From the IMG/VR virus record IMGVR_UViG_3300014208_000006, positions 1,557 through 65,556 of that record: a stretch of DNA of 64,000 nt. The stretch is one strand, 5' to 3'. This document shows, one piece after another, positions 37,265 to 46,594 of this stretch (its first letter is position 1; each line of letters starts with the position of its first letter). The stretch comes from a virus. Taxonomy: Duplodnaviria; Caudoviricetes. A program made the translations under genes and the position numbers. Under the pieces are notes generated by a model. It saw nothing but the letters and a program-made list of their open reading frames with translations, ran no database searches and had not been told where the DNA came from.

Positions 37265-38313
37265 GCGAAGGGGGCTTTGTAGATTTTGGCACCAGTGTCC
37301 GCGGTCGTCCGAACCCACGTAGTCGGGTCGTCGTCGTAGTTGCCTTTGTTGAACCATGTCGCGGGATGCGGAATAAACCTCTCATCACCAGCCGGCCAAA
37401 GCGCAACTGCGGCGGCGTAGGCTTGGACGCGTCCTAACAGCCACGCGTGATCCCTAGGAGGCTCTTCGAACGACAGAGAGGAGAGCGCCTTGGCGATGGC
37501 CTTCAACGCTTCTTTCCGGCCCTGCTTGCGGGGATAGGCTTGGTAGATTGCTTCCTCTTTAGAAACAGAAGGAAGAGCAGATTCAGATACAGAGCAGAGG
37601 TGTCCTAAATCGGTCACAGATTGTTGTGACAAATAAGTGACCTTGTTTTCAGAGCAGACCAACCCCTTCTGAAGGAATTCCAAAGTCATCCCAGCTTCTT
37701 CTGGCAACCTATTGGTCTTTGTCTGGTTACACTTTCTGCAAGCTGTAGCCAGGTTCTCTATATTATGCCCGCCACCTCTGGTTACAGGGACGATGTGGTC
37801 GATGGAGAGTAATGCCCTCCTCGTGTTCCTCTCGCGCATGACAGTGCTGCTTTTGTTGCAGTAAACGCAGGTGTATCTGTCTCGTTCGAACACCGCGCGC
37901 CGCGTCGGTCTTGGAAGATTGTCACGCGAATCTGTGACAGGATTATTCTCGCGCGAAATCCGCTTTCGGAGTGCAGCGTCAGCCCGGTTTTTGGCTGTGA
38001 TCCCGTTGTGCTTTCCTGCGTTAACAAATACAAGCGTTTGCCCGTCTTGGCGTAGCCACTCCACTTCGGCTAATGCCTCAGCAAACCCGGATATACCGAC
38101 GATCCCGTCCAGAAACGACGGTTGCATGGCTCCAAGTTCAAGACGGGCATCGCCGTCGTCGTCGAAATCGCTCACGTTGTCGTCAAGCCACTCCATTACG
38201 AGCATCAGCGCGCCAGCCGCCTGAATTGGCGGCACCATTAGGCGTGCAGCAAGCTGTAGGACCTCGGGTTTACGAGTGAGGCCCTTCTCCCATTTGATCC
38301 AGAAGCCGCTCAT
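37261..38313 (-). CDS. Replication initiator (O-like) with inserted HNH domain
   Basis: WIKW..L..KPEV N-terminus; YQAYPRKQGRK..FIPHPATWFN C-terminus; internal VFERD..CVYC..IDHIVP..GG...NL..ACRKCN.K. Confidence 0.75.
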   Translation of the reverse strand: MSGFWIKWEKGLTRKPEVLQLAARLMVPPIQAAGALMLVMEWLDDNVSDFDDDGDARLELGAMQPSFLDGIVGISGFAEALAEVEWLRQDGQTLVFVNAGKHNGITAKNRADAALRKRISRENNPVTDSRDNLPRPTRRAVFERDRYTCVYCNKSSTVMRERNTRRALLSIDHIVPVTRGGGHNIENLATACRKCNQTKTNRLPEEAGMTLEFLQKGLVCSENKVTYLSQQSVTDLGHLCSVSESALPSVSKEEAIYQAYPRKQGRKEALKAIAKALSSLSFEEPPRDHAWLLGRVQAYAAAVALWPAGDERFIPHPATWFNKGNYDDDPTTWVRTTADTGAKIYKAPFA

Positions 38314-39557
38314 GGTGTGTTCGTCGTTCCTTGTTGCTCGGTAAGGTTTGTTCGCTGTTCTGCGTTCGGTAAAGACAAAACGTTCACCGGCCTTGCCAGC
38401 GCAGCCCGGATCTCGTCCTCGGCGCCAGGCTGGCGTATCAGCTTGAACGTGGCGGGCCCGCGCGCGGCAGCACCGGCAGCGACCAGCAACGCCTCGACCT
38501 TGGCCGGAGCGACGGTCTTTGGGCATCCTGTGGCCTGCTGGTAGGCTTCGGCGAGGTCCTTCATGGTGAAGCCGGCTGCAGCCTCGATGGCCTCCCTGGG
38601 CACGCCAGCGGCGGTCAGAGCGGCAAACGCCTTGGCCGGGTCATGGATGTCCAACCTGCCCTTTTCGTTCTGCTTCGTGAAGCCGAGGGGGGTGTTGCCT
38701 TGGTCAGCGCAGACCGTGCAGGCGTAGTCCACGCTCTTGGCCCACGGCTCGAGGTAAGCCTTCCACAGCCACTTCATCGCCCCGAGGAGCACCGGATCGG
38801 CGCCGGCCGCGGTCGCGCTCATGGTCGGCAACCGCATCCCCCATTCGTCTTCGCGCTTGGCGAGCACCACGTCCACCTTGGCATTCAGGGCCTCGCAGTA
38901 GGTCGCGCGCTGGCACCAGCCGCAATAGCTGCAGACCTTGGGCTGGCGGTCCGGGCTATGGCGCTTCGCCAAGATGCGGTAAGCGATGGTCTCGACGGTC
39001 TTTCGGTCCATCGGGAAGAAACGCTTCCGCCGCAGCCGGCCGTAAAAGAGCGCGTTGGTGATCCGGGCGTAGCCTTCCTGCTCCATGATCGGCAGGTCGT
39101 AGCCGGCGAGCTGGGGCACATAGTTGCGCTCGTCGCCAAACTTGGCATCGCAGATGAACGGGCCAAAGCGCACGTCCAGGGTGCCGAAGTAGAGCTCATC
39201 GAAGCCGGAGGGCGAGAACATGGTCACGCGCTGCTCAACGCGGATCTCGTCGGCGCCGTAGCCCATTGAGGCGGCGTATTCCACGATCGCCTCAGCGGTC
39301 CAGCGAACATCCTGCTCCTCCTTGACGGACAGGCCGGCAAAGGCGTCAGGCTGGCCGGTCAGGGCCTTGGCAAGCCCACCGTGCTGCGCTTGGCCGCGGC
39401 CCTTGGCGTCGGAGCCGTGCTTTTCGCCGGCGGCTTCGTCCAGGGATTCGATGTCAGCCTCTTCGATGTCCTTCTCGGACTCGAAGCAGGGGCATTCGGC
39501 GATGGCGGGCCATTGGGAAGGACCGTCGGGGTGATGGGCGGTGGGGGCGATGTTCAT
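38310..39557 (-). CDS. DUF2800-like Cas4/RecB-type exonuclease
   Basis: AHH..GPS.W..C, FGTLD..DAKFG, CGWC..C. Confidence 0.7.
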   Translation of the reverse strand: MNIAPTAHHPDGPSQWPAIAECPCFESEKDIEEADIESLDEAAGEKHGSDAKGRGQAQHGGLAKALTGQPDAFAGLSVKEEQDVRWTAEAIVEYAASMGYGADEIRVEQRVTMFSPSGFDELYFGTLDVRFGPFICDAKFGDERNYVPQLAGYDLPIMEQEGYARITNALFYGRLRRKRFFPMDRKTVETIAYRILAKRHSPDRQPKVCSYCGWCQRATYCEALNAKVDVVLAKREDEWGMRLPTMSATAAGADPVLLGAMKWLWKAYLEPWAKSVDYACTVCADQGNTPLGFTKQNEKGRLDIHDPAKAFAALTAAGVPREAIEAAAGFTMKDLAEAYQQATGCPKTVAPAKVEALLVAAGAAARGPATFKLIRQPGAEDEIRAALARPVNVLSLPNAEQRTNLTEQQGTTNTP

Positions 39558-40183
39558 GTGGGAAAGTTAAGTTGTCCGCGCGATTCAATAATGATGTCGG
39601 ACGCGACCTCATTGCCCCACGCGCTCCAGCCTTCACGGCGGCGGCGGGCGAATAGCTCGAGGTATGGTCCGGGCGTGACCGTCTCGACCATCTCCATAAA
39701 GGCGGATGGCTTTCGGCTGTGCGCGGGTGCGCCATTCACGTATTCGCGTTTCCACGGGAACCATGTGCCCTTGATCCGCTGCTTGGCCTTCAGCGATCCC
39801 CGGCGCGCGAAGAGGATATATTCTGTCGAGATTCCATACGTGCCACCAAGACCTCCGCCCATCGGCTTCTTCGCCCATGTCAGCAGCGTGCTCGGCTCAA
39901 AGCCCCATGCGCGGACCACGGTGTAGGCGGCTTCCACGTAGCGGTTGATCGTCCAAAGGTAGAGGTGTGCATCGTCGGCGGCGATCTCGCGGATGTTCAG
40001 GGCGGCGATTTCTTCGACGCTCATCGTCGGATAGGCGAGCTTACGTGTGGGCAGGCTTTCGCGCCGCCAGTTCCATTTCTTCATGCCGGTCTTCCCGTCG
40101 GCATAACCGCCACCGTTCGGACCTGCTTTAACAGGCCAAGGCGGATCGGCGACGATGCAAGCAAAGCGATTCATCTCACCCAT
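39554..40183 (-). CDS. MT-A70 family N6-adenine methyltransferase
   Basis: IVADPPW, LYLWT, HSRKP, YLELFARR..GW..WGNE. Confidence 0.9.
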   Translation of the reverse strand: MGEMNRFACIVADPPWPVKAGPNGGGYADGKTGMKKWNWRRESLPTRKLAYPTMSVEEIAALNIREIAADDAHLYLWTINRYVEAAYTVVRAWGFEPSTLLTWAKKPMGGGLGGTYGISTEYILFARRGSLKAKQRIKGTWFPWKREYVNGAPAHSRKPSAFMEMVETVTPGPYLELFARRRREGWSAWGNEVASDIIIESRGQLNFPT

Positions 40184-40388
40184 TCTCCTTCACCCGACTT
40201 TTGATCCGCTCGACCGCCGCATTGAGCTGGGAGAAGCGGAGCCCGTTCTCGGCGGCGAGCTGCTTGAACAGGCCCCACGGACGTTTGCCGGGGTGCATGA
40301 GGTATTCGAGGGCGACCAGGTGCGTCTTCTCGCAGCGCGGACGGCCACCGACGGACCGGGACGAGTTGTTGAGGGCGTGGAAGCTCAT
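40176..40388 (-). CDS. Small HTH-like protein
   Basis: 70 aa; KQLAAENGL.FSQL. Confidence 0.5.
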   Translation of the reverse strand: MSFHALNNSSRSVGGRPRCEKTHLVALEYLMHPGKRPWGLFKQLAAENGLRFSQLNAAVERIKSRVKENG

Positions 40389-41014
40389 GGCAGGACCCTC
40401 CTGAACTCGACGCGCCAGACCCAGGGATTGACCTGCCAGCCGTAGCCGCGGGATTCGTTGATGGAGTTCCAGAGCGGAATCCAGTATTCGCTTTGCAAAA
40501 CCTTCTGCTCGCCGCCAACGATTTGAGGAGGGCAGGCACCCTCGGCGATAATATCGAGCGCACCGATGCCCTGCACGCGCTCCGCTCTCACGCTGACGAT
40601 CTCGAACACCGGCATGAGCGGCCGCAGGTGATTCGGCAGGAAGCGGCCCGGGCGGGATTTGCCTGCCCAGTCTGGTTTCGGCGTGCCAAGGCCGGCGTGC
40701 CAGATAGCCGGCGCGGCCATGCCTGGCTTCGGAAGGTCGAGCGGCTTCCGGTCATCCCATTGCTTTCCGACCGCCCACGTCGTCAGCAGGCAGCGGCGTT
40801 CGCCCACAACGTAGTCACATTTTCGCTCACCCCAAACACAGCGGGTTTCTCCACTGCCAGTAACTACCCGCCACATTCCTGCCGTCTCGGACGGCTCAAA
40901 TTGTTGGTCATCGGTAGACAATGGCGGCTTCGGCACGATGACCCTCCTCGTTTGCGTCTTGCGACCAGAGCATGCGGCTACCGCCATCCCGGCTACGAAT
41001 AAAAGTCCCTTCAT
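40385..41014 (-). CDS. ASCH/PUA-like phage protein
   Basis: GRKTQTRR, SVRAERVQ.I, W..IN..GW..NPWVW.VEF. Confidence 0.7.
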   Translation of the reverse strand: MKGLLFVAGMAVAACSGRKTQTRRVIVPKPPLSTDDQQFEPSETAGMWRVVTGSGETRCVWGERKCDYVVGERRCLLTTWAVGKQWDDRKPLDLPKPGMAAPAIWHAGLGTPKPDWAGKSRPGRFLPNHLRPLMPVFEIVSVRAERVQGIGALDIIAEGACPPQIVGGEQKVLQSEYWIPLWNSINESRGYGWQVNPWVWRVEFRRVLP

Positions 41015-41316
41015 TTCCGTGGCGGGTTCTTGGCGAGGAAGTCGCGCAGGGGTTTCATGGACACAGGGACCGGCGACTCGATGAACGCCGACGCCAGCCG
41101 GTGAAGCTGGGTGTAGCGCGTGAAGATCGTTTCGCGCGGGAACTCGGGCACAGGCAGACCGGCAAATCGGCACATCTCGTTGTGACTGGTGATGCCGTAG
41201 CCAAGCGGACCATTGAGGCCGACGAACAGGACGTGATCGGTGATGGCCTGGCGGACGGCTGCCGGCGTGGGCGCGATGCCCATGCGGTGAAGGATGTTGG
41301 CGGCGCGGGCGGTCAT
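41011..41316 (-). CDS. Hypothetical protein
   Basis: MTARAA start, overlaps both neighbours. Confidence 0.55.
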   Translation of the reverse strand: MTARAANILHRMGIAPTPAAVRQAITDHVLFVGLNGPLGYGITSHNEMCRFAGLPVPEFPRETIFTRYTQLHRLASAFIESPVPVSMKPLRDFLAKNPPRK

Positions 41317-41864
41317 GTGAGCTTTTCGTATGCGAGCAGGCGGTCTAGTTCGGCCATGGCCTGTTCGCGGGTGATGTCGCGTCCCTCGTATTTCTTGGCG
41401 TAGAAGCCCGCGACGTATGGCTTGAACCAGTCCGAGTGCTCGAGCATGTAGGGCTGGTCGGGGTTGACCTTGCCCTGAATCTGCAAGTGGCAGCGTTGAC
41501 ATAGGGCGAGGAGGTTCCACCAGAGGCAGTTCGCCTTGTTGCCGTCCAGATGGTGAACGGTGCCGATGCGCCATTGGGCCACGACGCGATAACGAGGCTT
41601 CGCTAACATGCCGCCCTCGATCAAGGCAGGAATCGTGAGGTTGTTTTCGACTTCCAGCACGTCGCCACCTTCGAACTCGATACCAACGGGCTTTCCGTGG
41701 CGGCATTGATTGTCGCACGGCGTCCACTCGCCCTTGCCGTGCTCGCCTTTGCGATAGGGATGTCCGCAGCGGATGCAGCGATGCCCTGCAGCGGCCCATG
41801 CGGTGTCACTGCTGGTTTTCCAGTCGGGCGGGTATTCCCCGGTTATGTTGAGGACGCGCGGCAT
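41313..41864 (-). CDS. HNH-fold protein
   Basis: YPPDW..AGHRCIRCG..TVHHLDGNKANC..NL.ALCQRCHL. Confidence 0.75.
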   Translation of the reverse strand: MPRVLNITGEYPPDWKTSSDTAWAAAGHRCIRCGHPYRKGEHGKGEWTPCDNQCRHGKPVGIEFEGGDVLEVENNLTIPALIEGGMLAKPRYRVVAQWRIGTVHHLDGNKANCLWWNLLALCQRCHLQIQGKVNPDQPYMLEHSDWFKPYVAGFYAKKYEGRDITREQAMAELDRLLAYEKLT

Positions 41865-41865
41865 G

Positions 41866-42519
41866 TTACTTCCCCCTCGCATTCACCAGCGGTTGCAGCG
41901 CCTTCACCAGCGAGGTCCGGGCCTGGCGCACGAGCGAAGCCTGATCATCGGCGATCCCGTCCAGCTTCAGGTGTTCAAGGGCATCCTGCGCGCTGTCCAG
42001 ATGCGCAAAGGCATCCTCGGCGCCCTGCATGATGAGCCGTAGCTTCGTGGCGATCTGGTCAGCCGCTTCCCCGTAGGGTTGGCCTTGCGCGGGCTTCATG
42101 CCGGCCGCTTCCATGATGTGCGCCATGTGGTAGGCCAGAAGATCCTCCCGGGATACGCCGCGGTTGAGCAGGACGCCGACGGCTTTCGCGTCCCACAGTT
42201 CGATCATGCCCGGCTCGATGCGGCAGGTGATGTCCAGGACCCTGCCAACGTGCTTCTCGCACCAGCCGACGATTTCAATCCGGATGGCGTCGGCGCGGTC
42301 GTAGTCCTCCTTGGGCGAACCGTTGTCCAGGTCCTCCTCCTTGGCGACGCGCGGGGTGACGATCTTGACCGTCTTGCCCTCTTCCAGCCACTTGCGAACG
42401 CGGGATAGCATGGCGGGGACGGGTTCGCCGATCCGGCCGTCAATGCTGAGTTGGGCGAGCGTGCCATCGAGGGCGACGGCGATGTAAGGGGCAGGTTCGT
42501 CTGCGGGGGTGCGGGTCAT
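41866..42519 (-). CDS. HAD-superfamily phosphatase homolog, apparently inactive
   Basis: IAVALDGTLA (motif I D>A), IGEPVP.M..RV..WL.EG..V.I.T.RV, MIELWDAKAV. Confidence 0.65.
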   Translation of the reverse strand: MTRTPADEPAPYIAVALDGTLAQLSIDGRIGEPVPAMLSRVRKWLEEGKTVKIVTPRVAKEEDLDNGSPKEDYDRADAIRIEIVGWCEKHVGRVLDITCRIEPGMIELWDAKAVGVLLNRGVSREDLLAYHMAHIMEAAGMKPAQGQPYGEAADQIATKLRLIMQGAEDAFAHLDSAQDALEHLKLDGIADDQASLVRQARTSLVKALQPLVNARGK

Positions 42520-42526
42520 TGGGAAA

Positions 42527-43213
42527 TCAGTTGAGTTGAAGAGCGGCCTTGACGGAGCGCGCCACATAGCGGCCAAGCGACAGCGGCACGCCGTTGCCGA
42601 GACAGTGGACGGCGAAGGCCCGGCCAGCCTTGTATTGCATCAGGCGTTCGCCGACTTCCTCGGCGCCCTGCAGCCTGGCGTATTCCATCACCGACAGGTC
42701 GCCCGGCAGAAACCCCTTGTCCCGGCAGTATTGCGAATCGCTGCTGCCGCGCTTGTAGGTGCTCGCCATGACGCTGTGCGAGAACTCGCCGGTAGCCTTC
42801 CCGCCCGGTTCCCATATCATCATCGGCCACGTCCAGAAGGCGCGCGTCCGCATCGTGTGCCCGCCGCAGTCGCAGTCCCGCAGCACACAATGGAACCAGT
42901 CGGGCGGGATGTCCGCATGTCCGACCACCCCGCGCACATTCTCCATCACGGAGAACTTCGGCTGCGCCTCGCGGTGGATCCGCAAGAATTCCGGTATCAG
43001 GTCTACTGCATCCGTGCCGTTGATCTCCGAGGCATTGCTGTGAACCTGACACGGCGGACCGCCAATGATGCCGTCGAAGATTCCGGCTGGCACATGGAAA
43101 CGCCGTATATCCCCCCCCCATAGCAGGTCAGGCCCGCGAACGACCGTGAAGCCTTCTTCCTCGAAGGCACGATCGAGCAGGCCAATCCCCGGGAATGTGG
43201 AGAGGACGAGCAT
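42527..43213 (-). CDS. C5-cytosine DNA methyltransferase
   Basis: LSTFPGIG, GGPPCQ, MENV, TMRTRAF, LGNGV. Confidence 0.88.
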   Translation of the reverse strand: MLVLSTFPGIGLLDRAFEEEGFTVVRGPDLLWGGDIRRFHVPAGIFDGIIGGPPCQVHSNASEINGTDAVDLIPEFLRIHREAQPKFSVMENVRGVVGHADIPPDWFHCVLRDCDCGGHTMRTRAFWTWPMMIWEPGGKATGEFSHSVMASTYKRGSSDSQYCRDKGFLPGDLSVMEYARLQGAEEVGERLMQYKAGRAFAVHCLGNGVPLSLGRYVARSVKAALQLN

Positions 43214-43216
43214 TTG

Positions 43217-43579
43217 CTAATTGGCTTTCCCGTCCGGCTCCGGCTTCCGCAGGTTGACGATCGGCGGCAGGCTGCCCGACGGGACGCCCTGCGGGTGCAT
43301 CGCCATCATCTTCTTGGTGTAGAGTTCGCGCGCGGCCGTCGGCAGGTCCTTGGCCCGCGTGAGCGTGAGCTTGACCCGCGGCTCCGTGCGGCCCGGACGC
43401 TGCTCGGACAGGAACACCGTCTCGATGAGCACGTTTTGCCCGAGGGCGATCTTGAGCCGGTCCTTGAGGGTGAGTTTGCAGGCGACGACGCCGAACGTCG
43501 TGTAGCGGATAGGCGGCATCACTTCACGGTCAGTGCCACCGGCGGGGACTTTGCTGGGCTGGATGTTTTTGTTGGACAT
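43217..43579 (-). CDS. Hypothetical protein
   Basis: MSNKNI start. Confidence 0.55.
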   Translation of the reverse strand: MSNKNIQPSKVPAGGTDREVMPPIRYTTFGVVACKLTLKDRLKIALGQNVLIETVFLSEQRPGRTEPRVKLTLTRAKDLPTAARELYTKKMMAMHPQGVPSGSLPPIVNLRKPEPDGKAN

Positions 43580-43590
43580 GGTAAAACGGG

Positions 43591-43806
43591 TTACTGGCGA
43601 TGGTCGGTGGCTCTCTCGTATTCCTCGGCTGCGGCCTGGCTGAGTGCGGCAGCGTCGATTTCGTCGGAGAGCGTCGGGTTGAGTTCGAAGAGTTCGAGGC
43701 GCGTCAGGCGCATGGTTTCGCTGATGATGACGGTGTAGCCGTGGACGGCATGGTGGAGGGAGTCGTATTCGATCTCCTCGAAATAGAATGGGCGGGCGTC
43801 CTTCAC
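43591..43806 (-). CDS. Acidic hypothetical protein
   Basis: 71 aa. Confidence 0.5.
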   Translation of the reverse strand: MKDARPFYFEEIEYDSLHHAVHGYTVIISETMRLTRLELFELNPTLSDEIDAAALSQAAAEEYERATDHRQ

Positions 43807-43937
43807 CGGGGCGAAAACGCGAGGTAGCAGAGCGCCAGCAGGCCGGTGACAACGGCGGCAAGCACAAGCAGACAGAGGAGCGCAAAGCGCACCTTGGCCC
43901 GTTTGCCTGTCTCGCCGCCGTTGTCCCGGTTGCCCAT
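43803..43937 (-). CDS. Small single-TM protein
   Basis: MGNRDN..KVRFALLCLLVLAAVVTGLLALCYLAF; not in track. Confidence 0.45.
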   Translation of the reverse strand: MGNRDNGGETGKRAKVRFALLCLLVLAAVVTGLLALCYLAFSPR

Positions 43938-43950
43938 TGGGGTTAGGGTG

Positions 43951-44814
43951 TTAGCGGATCTGCGGCGGCGGGGTGACGGAACCGGTGCCGAGCATCACGG
44001 GGACGCCGGTATCGGTTTCGATCTGCGCCGCGATGGCGTTGAACGCGGCCTCGATGACCTTGAACGGCCGGTCGAGAACGTAGTGGAACGCCACTTTGCC
44101 GCTGTCGCTGATGCGGAAACGGAGGCGTGCGGTGATGTCCACGGACTCTTGTCCGACAAACGGCGTGAGCCGGACGATCATGCGGCCCGGGAACTCGGCC
44201 TTCTCCTCGCGACGGCCGGTGGTCTCGGCGATCGTCTCGGTGTATTCGAACTCGATGGCGCCGGTCCGCAGGTTCTTCCCGCTCTTGAACGTCACGTTCC
44301 GCTTGCCCTCGAGGAACTGCACCATGTCGAGCAGGGCGCCCGCGTCGGGCTGCACGAGATCCTGCGCGTTGTCCTCGATGAACTCGGCGAACTGCTCCTG
44401 GTTGAACGGGCTGTTGTTCTTGGCGATCCAGCGCGTCCACTCGGGCGTCGCGGCGAGGTTGAGCTTGCAGATGTGCTCGCCCCAGTGAGCCGCGACGGGC
44501 GTGGCCGCATCCTGCTTGTCGTGGTAGTCGAGGATGGCCTTGAACGAGCCGCCGGTCTCGGTCGCGACGCCAAAGGCGACGGTCTGCGCCGTGATCTTGA
44601 AGCGGTTCAGGTAGTCGATGAACGACTGGTGCTCGTAGAGCTCAACCACGGCGCGCGGGCGCTTCGGGTTGGCGTCGAGCAGTTCGTTCTCGAGGTTGAC
44701 GACACTGCCGCTGGGGAACACGGCCACACCGGAACGGGCGACGTTCAGGGTGGGCTGGTTGAGTTTGGCGCAAAGTTCGGCGACGGTCTGCGCTTCGGAC
44801 TTGATGGTATCCAT
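43951..44814 (-). CDS. DUF2303 (YfdQ-like) protein
   Basis: AILDYH..W.EH, QEQFAEFIEDN..D, V.FKSG.NL..G..F.Y.E, ARLRFRI. Confidence 0.8.
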   Translation of the reverse strand: MDTIKSEAQTVAELCAKLNQPTLNVARSGVAVFPSGSVVNLENELLDANPKRPRAVVELYEHQSFIDYLNRFKITAQTVAFGVATETGGSFKAILDYHDKQDAATPVAAHWGEHICKLNLAATPEWTRWIAKNNSPFNQEQFAEFIEDNAQDLVQPDAGALLDMVQFLEGKRNVTFKSGKNLRTGAIEFEYTETIAETTGRREEKAEFPGRMIVRLTPFVGQESVDITARLRFRISDSGKVAFHYVLDRPFKVIEAAFNAIAAQIETDTGVPVMLGTGSVTPPPQIR

Positions 44815-44838
44815 ATCGGTATTGGCTGAGGTTGTGGT

Positions 44839-45261
44839 TTACTGGGAAACGGCCTTGGGCGCCGCGGTGGAGGCTTCGGCCTTCGGCTCGTCGCGGACGT
44901 TGACCAGCGTGAGCTTCATTTCGGCCTGGCCGGGGTGCCGGCGCGTGAGGTTGCTATCCTCGTCGGCGAAGAAGGTTTCGCCCTTCGCCTTGGGCTTCGG
45001 CGAGGCCACAGAGATGTCGGGAACGACCTTCAGGAGCGGCACGTCGCCGACGCCGGAGCCGTTGGGCACGATCTCGAGCGTGATGGTCAGCTTGCCCTTG
45101 AGCTGCTGTTTCTGGACCTTGCTGGTGAGTTCGCGCAGGGCGTCGTCAGCGGAGACAAGGAAGGAACCGCCTTTGAGAGCGGCCAACGTGGAGACGAAGA
45201 CGCCGGAAGATACGGCGACGGGGGAGGGAGATTTGGGCTCCGTGGTCTTGGCTTGATTCAT
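44839..45261 (-). CDS. DUF2303-associated phage protein
   Basis: L.GG..L..V...KGKLTITLEI..P..FF.D..NL.R..P.Q, the usual upstream partner. Confidence 0.7.
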   Translation of the reverse strand: MNQAKTTEPKSPSPVAVSSGVFVSTLAALKGGSFLVSADDALRELTSKVQKQQLKGKLTITLEIVPNGSGVGDVPLLKVVPDISVASPKPKAKGETFFADEDSNLTRRHPGQAEMKLTLVNVRDEPKAEASTAAPKAVSQ

Positions 45262-45291
45262 GGTGATGAATTGCGGGTTGAGGGTGATTAC

Positions 45292-45459
45292 TTACCGGCG
45301 CCCCTGCCCCCGACTGGCCTTCCAGAGGGCGAATATCTTCGCGCCGCTGGCGTTCGTCAGGGACTGGCCCGGAGGATTGGCTTCGAGGTCAGAGACGATC
45401 CTCGCCACCTTGGCCTTCGAGCCCTTGGGAATCCGGTTTTCGCGGAGGAGGGATTTCAT
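45292..45459 (-). CDS. Small basic protein
   Basis: MKSLLRENRIPKG..., 55 aa; not in track. Confidence 0.4.
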   Translation of the reverse strand: MKSLLRENRIPKGSKAKVARIVSDLEANPPGQSLTNASGAKIFALWKASRGQGRR

Positions 45460-45462
45460 CGG

Positions 45463-46452
45463 TTACTTTCCCGCCGGGGTGATGGCCGCGAGGAAGTCCT
45501 TCGGCTTTCCGAGGATCTTCTCCGCCATGCTGGCGCGGACATCGAGGTAGGAGCCGCCGGCCGGGATGGCGCCCTTGCCGAGCAGCCAGGCGTTCGCGTG
45601 CTCGACGTGCTGGGGATCCAGCAGTTCCTTGAGCAGCGTCTTCTGGTCTTCGGTCGCGCCGGCGGGCTGCTGCTGGGTGGCGGTGCCGGACGCCGGGGTG
45701 GTCTGGATGTCGATGACGGGGGCGTCGGTGGTGTCGCCCTCGGTTACGCAAGTGCCAGTGATGCGCTCGTAGACCCGGGCTTTGAGTTTCCGCTTCGCCT
45801 TACCAATCGCGCCGTCGGCACCCATGCCTTTGTTCATCCGAATGGAGAACTGGGCATTCTCGATCTTGCCGACGATGCCCTTCCACTTCCACGAGGCGGA
45901 GGCGGTCACGATGGCCTCGGAATCGCTGACGATCCGCGGCACCGAATAGGTGTCCTTAAAGTCAGTGAAGAACCCCTTGCGGCCAAGGCGGGACAGCGCG
46001 CCCTCAAAACCTTCGCGGGTGATGTATCCGCGCCCAGCAATGATGTTCATTTCATTGCCGACGACCTTAAACCCTTTCAACACGGCCTCGATGAAGGCGT
46101 CGCGGACGACCTCGACCGGATAGCCTCCGGTGGAGTCTTTATCTGTCCGAAAACCTAATGGGGTTCCCTGCAGGGCCATGATGGGAGCCATCACTTCGTG
46201 GGTGAGCATGGCCTTGAGTTGGTTGATCGCGTCCGCGAGCATGATAGCGGACTCAAACTGGCCCTTGTTCTCGGTGAGGAGCGCCAGGCTGTTGTTGTCA
46301 GCAAACTGATCCAGCTCGGCGATCTTCGGGAGAAGCTTCGCCAAGGATGCGCTGAGGGATGACGGCTTGACGACGGCTGGCGCCTGCATGCCGGTGGACG
46401 AAAGCAGGTCGGACTGGGCCGACTCGTGCGCGGGAGGGTTATGTTTGCTCAT
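45463..46452 (-). CDS. Putative RecT/Redbeta-like single-strand annealing protein
   Basis: IIAGRGYITREGF core; position near exonuclease and AAA genes; inference. Confidence 0.5.
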   Translation of the reverse strand: MSKHNPPAHESAQSDLLSSTGMQAPAVVKPSSLSASLAKLLPKIAELDQFADNNSLALLTENKGQFESAIMLADAINQLKAMLTHEVMAPIMALQGTPLGFRTDKDSTGGYPVEVVRDAFIEAVLKGFKVVGNEMNIIAGRGYITREGFEGALSRLGRKGFFTDFKDTYSVPRIVSDSEAIVTASASWKWKGIVGKIENAQFSIRMNKGMGADGAIGKAKRKLKARVYERITGTCVTEGDTTDAPVIDIQTTPASGTATQQQPAGATEDQKTLLKELLDPQHVEHANAWLLGKGAIPAGGSYLDVRASMAEKILGKPKDFLAAITPAGK

Positions 46453-46488
46453 GGGATTATTTCGCAGTTTGGGTTACGGTTACGGGAC

Positions 46489-46594
46489 AAAAAAAGGAGC
46501 CTCAGCCGCGCGCCGCTTTTGCGGTGCGAGCATTGTTGCCGACTTGCCCGCCGGGGCTTGAAGGCGTTTTGCCGGAAGAGTTCCCGGCTGAGGC
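46489..46594 (-). ncRNA. Candidate multi-stem structured RNA ending in a U tract
   Basis: GCCTCAGCC...GGCTGAGGC closing stem, internal hairpins, then CCTTTTTTT. Confidence 0.4.
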
